From assembly GCA_013239625.1 (NCBI GenBank), contig MU054323.1, positions 9,951,186 through 10,015,185 on the forward strand: DNA of 64,000 nt. Reading direction: 5' to 3'. Each line of letters begins with the position of its first letter. The first letter of the stretch is position 1. Of this stretch, positions 14,128 through 27,619 are shown piece by piece. Under the pieces are notes generated by a model that ran no database searches, was not told where the DNA came from, and worked only from the letters and a program-made list of their open reading frames with translations. A program made the translations under genes and the position numbers. Source of the DNA: Lama guanicoe (Eukaryota).

Positions 14128-14169
14128 GGGGGTATAGCTCAGGGGTAGAGCAATTATTTGCCTACAGAT
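14128..14169 (+). pseudogene. Tailless tRNA-Cys(GCA) 5'-half retropseudogene
   Basis: GGGGGTATAGCTCAGGGGTAGAGC-aatt-ATTTGcCTaCAGAT versus the mammalian tRNA-Cys 5' half as recalled (GGGGGTATAGCTCAGGGGTAGAGCATTTGACTGCAGAT). Flanked by an 18/20 direct repeat at 14108-14127 and 14166-14185. Confidence 0.75.
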
Positions 14170-14700
14170 TTCTATCTGTAATCTTTACAAAATCTACCCA
14201 TATATACCTACAACTGCTAAAAAAGAATGCACTAATAAAGAACAATGTGAATGATTAAAAAAAATTTACCCAGAGAGAGTGCTGTCTACTATTAGATGAG
14301 AAAGGGAACACTGCACAGGCAGCTAGACAAGCCAAAGCAACCCTGACAATCAGAGGAATTATGTGATCAAAGGGAGCAATAATTAACTAGGACAAGAATA
14401 ACCAGAAATCAAGTGGTAGGAACATGAACGGATATTTATGTTTACTACATACCTCTTGATTTTTGATCAGGTGCTACCATCAAGGAGTACTTTTACCAAC
14501 TGACAATTTTTAGAGACTTCCTTAAAGAAAGGAAAATTCTTCATGACCTAGCTTTATCTTAATAGTTATATATTACAGTTAATTTATTCATGAACAACAA
14601 CTATAATTCTTTGCCCCGATAGTATATGACTCTCCCTAGCAGCTGACAGCCCTCCTCCTTCTATATGCTCTCATACTCAGTATTCATTTGGCACTATTAT

Positions 14701-15213
14701 TAACAAAAACATGTACACATGTACACCAAAAGACAAGTACAAGAATATTCAGAGAAGCATTATTCACAATATTCAACTCAAATGCCCATCAACAGTAGAA
14801 TGGATAAATTGTCACTTATTTACAAAATGGCAACTAAAATGAAAGAACTATTGCTACATGTGGTGGCTGAAACTTACAAACAGAATGTTGAATGAAAGTA
14901 GAATAGATTAGATTAGAATCTATTCAAAAGATTAGAATACTGTATGATTCCTTTTATATAAGGTTCAAAACAGGCAAAATTAATCAATGGTGATAAAAGT
15001 CAGAACAATGGTTACCTTTTACCTTTGGGGAGGATAAGGACTGAGAGGGGATTTGAGGACGCTTCTGTGGTATAAAAACTTTCCCTATCTTGATCTGGGT
15101 AATAACTACATGAGTGTAGTCACTATATAGAAACTTACTGAGGTATACACTTATGATCTGTGCACTTTTCTATAGCCATGTTATGCTCCAATAAAAATTT
15201 TAGTTTAAAAAAA
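14701..15213 (+). mobile_element. Old LINE-1 (L1M-type) 3' end
   Basis: caactcaaatgcccatcaacagtagaatggataaattg...ggttcaaaacaggcaaaattaatc...caataaaaattttag...aaaaaaa. Confidence 0.7.
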
Positions 15214-15474
15214 GAAGTAGAAGCATTAAAAACCATGGACGGAGCAACAGAAAGCAAACAAAACATAGAGAGGATTAGACAGAGAATGACTTGAAAAAAT
15301 GTACAAAATGAAAAGAAAAATAGTTGTTCACATTTGATTTCGAGGAGAATGCTCTCTATCACAAAGTTATGTGAATATTTTCTGAAACATCTGTATCTAT
15401 TTAACTTTCTGTTATGAACAGATAGAATGTTTTCTTTGTCATCTAAATTCAGTTCATTTATCACAATCTCTTAC

Positions 15475-15577
15475 CTGCTTTGGATAAAAATAAGCTCATT
15501 CCACCAGAGCCTGAACCAGCTTCCAAAACAGTATCACCAGGGTAGATGTTCATCATCAACAGTATCATATTCACATC
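15475..15577 (-). CDS. TRMT61B: TRMT61B exon 2 (SAM-binding motif I)
   Basis: 103 nt between CAG and [39 protein letters not shown], containing the VLEAGxGSG methyltransferase motif. Confidence 0.95.
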
Positions 15578-15765
15578 CTGTGATTGAAACACAGCATGGG
15601 TGACTCTGTGACCAATAAATACGTACTAAGCACCTACTCTTACAAACACTATATTGGGCTTGGAGAAAAGGAATGTGAAAAAAAAAAAAGGATTAAACTC
15701 TGGCCCTGCCTACCAAGAGTTTATATTTTACTTGATGAAATGAGAGATTCAAGAATCAATTAGCA

Positions 15766-16027
15766 TTACTGTATCACTCATGTGAGGAATCTGAAAAGGA
15801 AAAAGAAGACATTAATGAACTTATCCACAAAACAAAAACAGACTCACAGACATAGTAAACAAACTTATGGTTACCAGGGGGAAAGGGAGGAAACTATATT
15901 CCATACCTGTAGTAACCTGTAATGAAAAAGAATATGAAAATGAATATATGTATATGTATACTGAAACATTATGTTGTACACCAGAACTTAGCACATTGTA
16001 AACTGACTATACTTCAATTAAAAAACA
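15766..16027 (+). mobile_element. 5'-truncated young LINE-1 3' end with perfect 15-bp TSD
   Basis: Ends ...ttgtaaactgactatacttcaattaaaaaac. TSD aagaatcaattagca at 15751-15765 and 16028-16042. Confidence 0.8.
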
Positions 16028-19000
16028 AAGAATCAATTAGCAAATATAGCAGCACTTCAGTATACTATTGAAATGAAAGTCGTTAAGTAACAATACAAGC
16101 TCAGAGAAAGGAGGAATGAGCAGACTGCCCTAGCTTAAAGACACAGAATGAAGAATTTAAGGAAACAGTCACAAGGGAGAAACAGCTTTAAACAAAAGGG
16201 AGGCAGAATAAACAGTTTGCCCATCTCAGGAGGAGCAATAAGGAGACTTGAATCCAGGCTAAAGTATTTGAACTTGACCTGGTAAGTAACTGGGGCATGT
16301 CACTGAGGTAATATAAATGGCATTTTATAAAGATTAATCTGTCAGGGGAATATAGGATGCACTAGAAGAGAGAAAACTGAGAGGCAGAAAGACCAGTTAG
16401 GAAGTTATTACATAAACTCTGCATGAACTGATGAACTTCTCATTTAGAATTAGGATACCAGGAATAGACAGGCAGACCCATTTGCCAAACTTTATAACTA
16501 AAGAATTGTTTTGTTAACCAGAATATCGTGGATGATAGTAATAACAGCTGTTTATTGAAACTTCACCATGTGCCAGGCTTTTTAACTAAGCAAACTGCTT
16601 TGAAACATTGCTTAATCAGAATAATAATATGAGGAAAGCATCATCATCCCCACTGTAAGGATAAGGAATCAATAAGCTTAAGTAATTTGCCCAGAGTCAC
16701 ACAGCCAGGAATTAAGTGGGCAAGTCAGGAATAGAACCGATGTTGAACTCTTAAACACCACGCTACTGGTCATTACACCAAATGTTATACAGAGAGGAAA
16801 ATTTAAACGTTACCTTTTATTTCAACATTCCCCCAATAGCAAACCTTTTGAAGTTGCTAATAAGCAGCATATCTGTTAAGTTTTTCCTATCTTTTCCTTC
16901 TCTGATAAAAGATGCTATTAAAATTCTAAAAGAAATAGGAAAGGTTCTCAGATCCTTTGTCAAGTCACAACAAAATTGTGTATTAAATATAGGTTTGGTT
17001 GCATAAGAAACTATTCAACATGTACAGTTGTCCAATTAAAAGTCAAAATGTATTTTCTGAAATGGACTAAGGCTTGAATGAAATGATACATACACACATA
17101 ATTTTTAAGACGTATTAGTCAAAAAGTTTCATTCACAAATGCTATCTTTCAGACATATCCTTCCCCATGTGACAGGCACATGGGAGAAGAGGTGGGAGGG
17201 GACACAGACAGCTTCACACAGGAATGGGAGGCAGCTTGGGCAGTCATTTCAATGAAATGCTTTGGAGAAGGGAGTTCTATTTCCCTCGCTCTTTCATATA
17301 AGACACAGAAACCTAGAATTACACAATTTTAAAAAACGTTTAACTTTTGCTTCTTGCCATTCAGGGTACCTGGTCTCAGTGGGATGAGGCTGGATCTGAC
17401 TATATACATCCAAGCAATTCCAGTCCAAAATCTGGGTGGGATTAGCATTTATTCATTTCCCTCCCTCTTTCTAAAAGGGATTTGAAGCTATTGGAAGACT
17501 CCTCCAAAGTTATGAAATATCACACTTCTATTGAGTTTTCTACACATTCTAAAAGACTTCAGGCTTTCAATCTTTTCAGACTTTTTTTTCTTGACAGGAA
17601 TTTCTATCCCTTCCTAATTAATTCAATAATATAAACCTAATCCTCAGCCTAAGGTTTTAATAATTGTGCTTTAGTCTTAAGTGGCAACAATTTCTGCTCC
17701 CCAATTGTCCTTATAGAAGTGTTCCAAACATGCAAATTGGCTGAAAAGATTAGTTTAAAAATCTAGGGAATGTTGCCATTTACACTTCACCTCCAAACCT
17801 AAAAATGTTTGATACCGACCCTTGTGGAATGTTGACATTTCACACGTCATTGTTATGAAATTCATTTAAAATTGACCCACTTTTAATATTAAGATAAACT
17901 ATGTGATTCTATGGGGGAGACCAGCTTTCAAAAGTCATTGGAGATACTCTCTTAAAAAGCATTTCAAAATTGTAAAAGTTGAGGTCAAATTTCCTGCCAC
18001 CATCACTTGTGAGATAAACAGAGAAGTCAATATCTAGCAAGTCCAGTATTTAAATTCCTTGGAATGGAACACTGTGACTTTCATCGGTGACAAGTGGAAA
18101 TGCAGAAAGTGCACTAAAGATTTATCTTTAACTTTATAAAATACAACTATTCTCTCACAGTTTTGTCTAGTGAGGAGAAAAAAGATGTGGGGAAGCAAGA
18201 TGAAATGTTAAAATCCTTTTTTTATGACTAAGTTGGAACAGTCAAAAGAGGAAAGAGAATCGATGCAGTAAAACAAAGACAAAGTTCCCATCGGGAGCTT
18301 TTGATATCTCTCTGGCCTAAAGCCTCCAGGAAGATTTTCTTAGTCCCAAGGTAGACCTTTTAAAATATAGACTGGATTCCTACTTAACACCTTCCAATGG
18401 TCACCCAATGCACATGGAATAAAATACTCTTATTTCTCCAACCACATCACATCTCATATCATTCTCTGCCTCACCTAACCCACTCAGGCCACAGCAGGAA
18501 CTCTGCAATACCCTTCCCTTTGCAAGCACACTCTGCTCCTAGATCTTCACACAGCTGGCTCTTCCTTAATTAGTTTATCAAATATACCTCGTTGGCGACC
18601 TCTACCCACCTGACAAAGTATTCTCCTCCCCCAGGTTATCCAACACAATGTCATTGTTAATCTATTTGTCTTCATGGCACTTAGCACTACCTGAAATTAT
18701 CTAATTCTTTCACTTACTTATTTGTTCACTGTCACCCCCTCTAGGATGTAAGGTCTATGTTGAGAGCAAGAACTGTGGTTCACCAGTATGACTCCCTAAA
18801 ATAGTGCCCTGAATATAGAAGGTAGGTGATTATTTGCTGAAGAAATAATGAATCATAATTCCTCATTTAGGACTAGAAGGATGAGTTGTTACTATTACAA
18901 AGGAACATTCTACTCAAGGACTGTGACTATGATTAAGGATTAAAATAAACCACTAGTAATGGATAGTCTGTATAAGACTGTAACAAGGAACTCTAGGTAA

Positions 19001-19573
19001 TTTATAAAGGATATTTCTTTTACATTTAGTGTTTAATTTCACCTGTTTTAATTCAAAACTTTTTTTCTAAAGGGAAAAGCATGGTAATATATCTACTGTT
19101 GATAAAATATACTTATAACATACCTTATTAAATATGATGATTAAAATATCACCACAGTGGTACTAAAAAATTGTCATATTGTAACTGACTATATTTCAAT
19201 TAAAAAAAATTGCCCTAAGATTTCAACATTCCCTTGAATGCTGAAGAACTTACAAACTTAAGAATTATGGGGAACCAATATATGCACTTATTTTATGCCT
19301 GGTGAGTCCTCATCACTCTATATACTAGGTCGATAGTCTCTTCACTTTACAGATCAGAGAATCTAGGCTCCCAAATTAAAATTAAACTCTAGCTTTTTTG
19401 TCCTAAAATGAGCAGTCATAAGATATGTTCAAGTCATAGCCATTGGTTTAAAAAAAAAAAAAAAGCTTGAAACGTCCTGAGATGTGCTTTAAGTACATTA
19501 TATCAGGTCTGTAGTACTGCATCAGTTTTGCTCTCTCTGGAACCAATATGCAACTAAACTCCCATCGCATTAC

Positions 19574-20260
19574 CTTTGGATAAGTTATAGCAGGCCCTCT
19601 TTGCATCAGTAATACATAGTCCTCCAATGCCGGCCTCTTCAGCATGAAGTGCTTACCAGAGGAACTTCTCAGTATCTGGCCGGGGAACTTCCCCACGATC
19701 TCGCTGAACGGGACTGTCCCCAAGCTACTATGTAAGTGTCCGGCGTTGCTCAACCTAAATAATTTTTTAAATTGTGTTTCTCTCTTTCCAGTCTCAGCTA
19801 AAATCAGCTCCCCAACCCGAAAAGGCACCTCTCTGAAAGCTGACAAGGAAGAGACGCGAAGTTCTTTGTCCTTGGTCGCAGACTGGGCCAAGGCCGGCAA
19901 TGAGGGAACTGAGTGGCCCTGGTCTCTACTCGAGTCCTCCTGTTCTTGAGGAGGTAACTCCTCTCGCGGCGTCTGCACCCTGAGGCTTTCCAGTGACGAA
20001 AGACATCTGGTCCCAAGTCCCCGGGCGCGCGGACGAAGCGATGGAGGCGACTCTGCGCCTGGGACTTTCCTCTGTGCCGCCTCGCGCTCTCCCTCGTCAT
20101 CTCGTGCGTCTCTAGGCAAGGATTCACAACACAGTAACCGGACTCTCTCGAAGGGCTCTTGCCCAGGGCCGCACAGGAATGGACAGGTCCCGAGCCCTGG
20201 CCACCTACCGAAACACCGCAGCCGTAGCAGGACCGGACCCTGGCGCCCGGCTGACAGCAT
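19574..20260 (-). CDS. TRMT61B: TRMT61B exon 1 (coding part), with an Arg-rich N-terminus consistent with a mitochondrial presequence
   Basis: ATG at 20260-20258 ([15 protein letters not shown]...) runs to ...[28 protein letters not shown]. Exons of 687+103+191+92+227+78+44 nt give 1422 nt, a 473-aa open frame with canonical GT-AG at all junctions. Confidence 0.93.
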
Positions 20261-20500
20261 GACAACCCGCGCAAGCGCAGTCGCAGACGAGTGACGTAGG
20301 GCCGAGCGACGCCCCGCCTCTCGCTGCCAGTAGCATTGACGCAGCCGCCTAGGGGCTGGAGAGCTATTTCGCTGGAAGAACTCCGCTACTGCGCCTGCGT
20401 CGAGAGAGGGCGCAGAGGCCGAGCTGTCTGCGCAGGTTCCGCGAGGTCCACTACGAGTAACTGTCCCAGGAGCGAGTCCGTCTCCCGCGCGGGGGCCCAA
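20261..20500 (-). promoter_or_regulatory. TRMT61B CpG-island promoter / 5' UTR
   Basis: CpG-rich (about 19950-20800). CRE-like TGACG sites at about 20292 and 20337, GC box gccccgcct at about 20311, NRF1-like TGCGCCTGCG at 20390-20399. Confidence 0.7.
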
Positions 20501-21019
20501 TTTCCTCTTTGGAATGTGTGCAGAGTAAACAATTGCTGACAAATCTCCACCAGCCTCGCCCGGGGACAGGAGGATTAAGAGAGACAGAGCCTGTCAAAGC
20601 GTTGTCTTAACTGAAGTGCTGGACCGGACTATTAGCTCGTTAGTAGTCGGGAACACGAACGTCACCCGGTCACCTGCAAAATGTATAAGTAAAACTGGCC
20701 CGGAGATGCGTTTGACAGACTTCTCTGGGATGTGCCACCCACTGACCCGCACACCTTTTCCAGCAGACTGCGGCGTTCGTTCCCCGGTGCTAGCAAGTCC
20801 CTTTTGACTGGGCTCTGACCACCTGCCTGCCCTCCCCAGACTCAAAGATTCTGCAACCCGAGATTAAAGTGACTGTATTCACTGTGTGCTCATTTAACGG
20901 AGTTGTGTTTAATAACTGAAATGTAATACCTAGTTAACTAAGTGTTTTAGCCTCTCCAAAACTGAGTACAAGTATTTTAAAATGGGAAAAGGCTGAAACA
21001 GCGGTGGCGGGGAGAGGGG

Positions 21020-21352
21020 TGTTACAGGCTGCATTAAATCACCTCACCCCTCCACCAAATTCATGGTTTGAAATCCTAACCTTCAGTACGTCAGAATGTG
21101 ACTATATTTGTAGATAGAGGTAATTAAGTTATAATGAGGTTATCAGAATGGGCCCTAATCCAATATGACTGCTGTCCTTTTAAGAAGAGGAGATTAGGAC
21201 ACAGAGGGAAGACCATGTGAAGACACAGGCTGAAGATGGCCATCTACAAGTCAAGGGGGAAAGCCTCAGAAGAAACCAAACCTGTTGACACCTTGATGTT
21301 GGACTCCTAACTGCCAGAACTGTGAGAGAATTAATTGTTGTTTAAACATCCC
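21020..21352 (+). mobile_element. MaLR solo LTR (MLT1B-like)
   Basis: gaatgtgactatatttg...ggccctaatccaatatgactg...aagaagaggagattaggacacagagggaagaccatgtgaagacac...ccagaactgtgaga, characteristic MLT1 text. Confidence 0.8.
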
Positions 21353-24300
21353 CTGAACCCCGCACCAAAAGAGCATTGACTAGTTTCTAATTCTCTCTTA
21401 CTGGTCTCTTTAAAAATGGTTTATTCCCAGGTTTTGTCACCCCTCCAAATTTTTAAATAAAAACAAATTTATTTAATCTGAAAAGTAAAACAAAATTTAA
21501 AATGGGGAAAAAGTTATCTATAGAGTCCAAAGTCTCATTGAACATAAAATATCACTAACCTGTTTGCTTAATAAAAATTCATATGGCAAAACTTAATTGA
21601 GGGTCTGGCAATACCAGACACATTAGATATTTATTTGGTTTGTTTTTCACAACAATCCTGTGTTAGAAATAAGTATTCCAGCTCTATGCATAAGAAAACT
21701 GACCTAGGGAGATTAAATGATTTGGGCAGCATCTCATAGCTGACAAGTGGTGCGACAGGGTTTCCTATCTAGGTCAGTCTGATTCAGCAGTCCGTGCTGT
21801 TTGTCCTATAACACTCCTCAAAGACCCGTCAACAGTACAACTGAATTCAGAGTTAACATCGCAGTGTTCAAAGAGCTGTGAATTCAGTTTAAATTTGGTA
21901 AGTCTTGTTATTACTTTAGCATACATAAATTAATACTTTCTAATCTGTGCTTTCTAGAACAGCCATTGTAAACTCCATCCTCAGGACTTCTCCCTTTTAA
22001 TCCAAAAAACGAAAAAAGAAAACAAAACAGAACTGCTCTTCCCCAATTCAGCTGCATGTCTCATTTTTGGTTTCAATTTGTTTTAGGAAAAGTTCTTGTG
22101 GCTAATCTTTCTATTATTACAGCCAAGTATGAGCCTGAGTTGGAACCTTCTGAATCCTAAGCCCTACAATTTTTTTAAAATTTATCATTCCTACTTTATT
22201 CTTCTTAAATATATTCTTAAATGATATTTGGCTGTTATTTCAGAAGAAGTAGAAATTAGAAAGAAGAAGGTATATTGACAAAATACAGGAGGTAAATTTA
22301 CATATCTTTGATTTCTGAGATAAATTGTGAACAGTAAATGGCATCCTTTTCTTTCTATTGTTTGAAGAACAAACACAGTGGTATAAATATTTTGTCCTAC
22401 ACACATCTAATGAAATGCATTAACATATTTTGAAAAATATAATTATTCCTTATTCGTGATCTTTCAGAGCATTTGAGTTCTCAAAAGGACAACATTATAT
22501 ATGTCTTTCTATTTCTGGCTACACTTTTCTTTTCCTTCTGTCTTCCCTATGAAACTTCCAAGTCACGTTGCACTCTGGAACTGTTCTCTGAACATACGCG
22601 GCATCATCAACTCATTATGTTTACCTGATGAGATAAGACCAGAAAGATATTGTCGTTTTGTGGCATTTAGTCACGCAGCTACTTTAAAGTCCAAATAGTC
22701 TTCAGTGCTATTACTGACGGCTGACTTTTTAAATCTCCGGTCAGACTAGATCACTAGGTCTAGTTCCACAAATGTTCTCCTCTGGCTCTTTGCACAAGCT
22801 TCTTCCCTCTATTTTGTAGAACTTGCCGTCATCCTTCAGGTATCAGTCTCACATTACTGGTGGCCTAGAATGACTCCAAAAGACTGGGGGAAGCACCTCT
22901 CCTCTGTGTTCTTCATGTCCTTTAAGTCTTTAGACCTGCCATGGCATATGTCATACTGTGTGGAAGCTGCTGTTTACTTACTATTTCCCTGGATAGAAGA
23001 TAAGATTGTTGACAGGGCTGTGCCTTATTCATCATTATAAATCTGTCATAGTTGTATCATTATAATCCTGTTATGTCATATCATTACATGTTTATATTGT
23101 ATATATCATCATATCATATCATAGTTATATCATTATAATCCTGTCATAGTGCCTGGCACACAATATGCCCTCAATAAATATTTGTTGAGTAAATGAATGA
23201 AGAAAGTAGGAAATGAAAAAAGTAGCAGCCCTCATACCTGGGTCCCTATGTTAAATATTTAATTCAACATGTAAATATGGTCCAATTATATTTAATAGCT
23301 ATTTATTTTGTCCTGTATCTATACATGTATTTAGCTTTTTTAGAACTGCTGAAGTTCTCAGGTTTTTTTTACTGAGTTATAGTGAAATGGAAAGTATCCA
23401 AGTCTATGAATATAACTGCTTTTCTCTTGCTTTTTCATTTTTTTTCCCTGAGTTGCTGCTTAACATGAATCTGGACCCTGTAAAACTCCTCTATGATTTA
23501 CTGTTGTATTACAAGACATTGCAAGTCTAAATCCAGAGAAGTTTAACATTTTCTTAAATATGTGTGCAGGTTTTAAGAAAAATTACATCAGAATTGGAGA
23601 ATCTTCTTACTTAGCATCATCCACCACCACTCACTAAACACCTTTCTCAGTTCCTAAATTATAGGATACTGTGCAGGATGATTCAGAACCAGTTTGCTAG
23701 CATATTGTGAGCCATCATTTTAGAATGTTGAGAAATGATCAGTCCTTGGGATTTCACTCCTGGAGAGGATCCTAGATCTTCTTTCCTCTTCTTCAGAGTC
23801 CTTCTTTTGAAGAATGGACTGACTCTCACCTCCATCTTACCAGCCCTACTGCTGGTCAGGGTCCAATGCTAGTCTGGGCCTCAGAGAACCTCTCCGTTGA
23901 ACCCCTCCCTTCTGCCCACCGCCTCTTTCTCAGGTGTCACCAACTCACACTGTAGAACTCAACCTGTCCTCTGATTTTTAAATTGTGATGCATTAATGCT
24001 TTGTGTTTATGGTCACTCATAAAGTAATCAATCTTTTCAAAACTTAAAACCTTTTAAAAACTTCACACTTGGGGAATATCCATCCCTCTATTTATTCCTC
24101 ATTCGTTTATTCATAACTGACTCCTAATCATGCTTATCTCACCTCAAGAGAAATCCCCTGAACACCCAAGAGAAATAGCATTCTAATCTTTCTTCTATGC
24201 ATTGCTTTCTAAAATTTTTAAAAATTTTATTGAAGTATAGTTGATTTATAATGTGTTACTTTCAGGTGTACAGCGAAGGGGTTCAGTTATATAGTCTAGT

Positions 24301-26079
24301 ATACTACTACTATAGTCCGCTTCCTCTCATCACCAGGTGTCACCCGTTCCGAACAATGTCAGCAGTGAAATACTTCTCTTCCCCTAAATATTTTATTGAC
24401 TCAAGTTGTAAACAAGTTTTGTGACCAACACTGAGTTTTAATTACATATGGATGTATTTGTGTATTAAGCATGCTTCACATTAGTATATTTTTATTACTT
24501 GTCCTTTGATAAACATTATAATGTATAAGAAAGTTAATTCCAAGAACTCCTGATTATATAGTTGGCCCCGACACATGTGGACTCACTAACAAGAGTTCTT
24601 TTTAAGTTCTTAAAGTTTCAGAATCATTCAAGAATAATTCACATCTCCAGCCCCTGTGGTACCACTTTTCCTGTGTTAAAAACAGGATATTTAAAATAAA
24701 CAGTACAACAATTATAAAGATTCTTATTCATAGCTTCAACAGACTAATATATACAGATATAAGTTCCCCCCTTTTAAAAATGTTCTAATGTAAAAATATA
24801 AAGCCATGACTTTCCCCTTTTTTGTATTTTAACATTTATTTTATTATTTATTTCTTTTTTAACTAACAAGATTATATATGCAAGGTTCAATAAAAGAAAA
24901 TTATCAGTGTTTATTTTATGGCTTTTATTATTATTTGTTTCATTTAATGATTTTTGCTAAAAATAATCCTGTCATCTAGAAAAGGGTTTTTTTTTTTAAA
25001 CGATCTGCTCTGGGTGTTAAGTATGTTAGGTATGCCACTGGGATGGTTGACTCTGGAACAGATTATTTTAATTATTTTATTATTTTTAATGAAATGATAG
25101 AAATCATCATAGCAGAAACTCAGAGATGGATTGCCTAAGTGGAGGTGGGGATGGGGTGTTTGAAGTTGGAGATCAAGGGAGACTTTTTTAGTAAATTCTT
25201 TGTTGATATAATTTCAAAAGTTGCAGAAGTGTCTCCTATACCTGTTATCCAGATTCACTAACTGTTTACATGTTAATCCATTTGCTTTTTCATTCTCTCC
25301 CCGTACTCTCTCTCCTCCATGTACACAACACACACACAAACACACATGCACGGACACACACATTTTTTTCTACACCAGTTGAAAGTGGGTTGGAGACGCT
25401 GTGTCCCTTTACCCCTAAGTACTTCAGTGAGTATTTCCTGAGAACAAGAACAATCTTCTACCTAACTACAGTACAGATCATCACATTACGGACATTTCAT
25501 ACTGCCATAGTACTGTTATCAAATCTATAGACCACATTCAAATTTTGTCACTTAGCTCAATAAGTGACAAAAGCTTTATAAGTATAAGTCTTTTTCCAGT
25601 TCAGGATCCAATCCAGGATCACACAGTCATTAAATTCTCATATCTCTTTAGCCTTCTTTAATCTGGAACGAACAGCTTCTCAGCCTTTATTTCTTGACCT
25701 TGACATTTTTGAAGAATGTAGGTTATTTATTTATAGAATTCCCCTCACTTTGGCTTTGTCTGATGTTTCCTCTTGATTAGACTTGGAATATGCACTTTCG
25801 GCAGAAATACTACTGAACTGAGGTTTTCCTTCTGAGTACATCCTATCAGGAGTTACATGATGTCAGTTCCAATATTGATGATGTTAACTTTGATCACTGT
25901 TAAGTCTGAATATTCCTGTATCTCCACAGTAAAGTTACCATTTTAAGCTTTTTAATTAGTGATGGAAAAATGTATCGATACTAGTTTTGCATTCATTGAC
26001 AGTTTTCTAACTATAATTTTTTGTATTTATTAGTAGTACCCTACTATTAAAAAAAGAGCTTAGGAAAGGCTTTTTTTTT

Positions 26080-26788
26080 AAGCTTCATTGAGGTATAATT
26101 TTCATACCATGAAAGTCATCCATTGTGGGTGAACAGTTCAATGACTTTTAGTGTATTTACAGAGTTGTGAAACCATTACTATGATCCAACTTTAGAATAT
26201 TTCTGTCACCCTAAAATTTTTCCTCATGCCCACTTGCAGTTAATCTCTGTTCCTCCTCTGAACCCCAGGTAACCACTGATCTATTTTCTGTCTCTATAAA
26301 TATCCTTTACTGGATATTTCATATAAATGGAATCACACAATATGTAGTTTTTTGCATCTGGCTTCTTTTATTTAGCATGTTTTTGAGACTCATCCAAGTT
26401 GTAACATATAACAATAGTACTTCCTTTTTATTGCTAAATAATATTCCATTTTGGGATATACCATATTTTGTTTATCCATTCACTACTTGACCTTGCTACA
26501 TTCATTTATTTGTTTCAGAACTTTTGTGACTCCCTTTAGATTTTATCTGTCTTCTGTGAATAAAGATACTTTTACTCCTTCCTCTCCAAGTTGCATGCTA
26601 TTATTATTCTTATTCTTATTATTATTGTTATTATTATTATCATCATCATCATCATCATCTTTGTTGCACTACCTAAAACTTCCAGTAAAATACTGAATAG
26701 AATTGGTTAGATTGGATAATATTGATTTGTTCTCAATCTTAGGAGAAAAGCATTCAGTCTTTCACTATTAAGTATGAAGTGAGTTGTG

Positions 26789-26831
<43 letters not shown>

Positions 26832-26900
26832 GAGTCCCTTTATCAAGCTGAGGATGTTCCTTTCTATGCCTAGTTAAAAGTTTTTTTTAAATCATGAATA
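26080..26900 (-). mobile_element. Old LINE-1 fragments with embedded (ATT)n(ATC)n and (TG)n microsatellites
   Basis: ttcattgaggtataattttcatacc...catataaatggaatcacacaatatg; aaagcattcagtctttcactattaagtatg. (TG)n at about 26792-26830. Confidence 0.65.
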
Positions 26901-27399
26901 GGAAAGTGGATAAGAATCGTAATAAAATGGCTGTGGCTTTTCTCTAGTCACTTTCATCTGCTTGTGGGTGGAGAGTTAGATTTTACCAGGCTTGTGCTTT
27001 TACCAAGGAAGGACTATGATATAGGAAAGAGGCAAGGGAGTTGAGAGTTGTAAGGATAGAGTACAGGATAAATTCAGAGGGAGATGCTGCCCTTAGGAAG
27101 GATAAGGACTGGTGAAAAGATTGTAGGATCATTGGACTGAGGGTCCAGTGAGATAGAAGCACTGGTTAGACCCTGGGAGGTAGAGGGAATGATCTAGAAA
27201 GATAGGAGTTGGTGGTTACAGAGTGGTATGTGGAAACTGAGATTATGGAAAAGGTGCAGTTATTGTATGACAAGGTCTGGGACATGACTATGGGAGTGAG
27301 TGGCTGGTGTAGCATAGAGATCATTGAAAGGGGGGTGGCCAAGGAATTGAGACATGTGGGTATAGGAGGGTCATCTGTGTAAACCCTACATACTCTCAT

Positions 27400-27610
27400 T
27401 GGGTCAGGTCGTCCATGCTTACAGATGACTTGGGTTAGAAACCCAGCTCCTCCTCCTATTGCCCAGCTCAATATGTCAGTTTTCTTATCTGAAAAATGGA
27501 GATATTGATAGTTTCTACATCCTAGGGCTATTGTGAGGACTAAATGAATTAATACACATAAAGCACCTAAAACAGTGCTTGATATATAGTAAGTGCAAAA
27601 TAAGTTTTTA
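27400..27610 (+). mobile_element. MIR
   Basis: tcagtttttcttatctgaaaaatggagat...attgtgaggactaaatgaattaatacacataaagcacctaaaacagtgcttga, the MIR core and tail. Confidence 0.7.
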
Positions 27611-27619
27611 TTTATATAC

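Noticed and set aside
19448..20542. 364-aa ORF as a single-exon protein
   Set aside because: It is TRMT61B exon 1 plus a non-ATG upstream frame and read-through past the donor at 19573 into the intron.
23030..23150. Short repeated units (atcattataatcctgtcatag) suggesting an array
   Set aside because: AT-rich slippage duplications inside an L2-like tail; no constant repeat with unique spacers, so not CRISPR-like.
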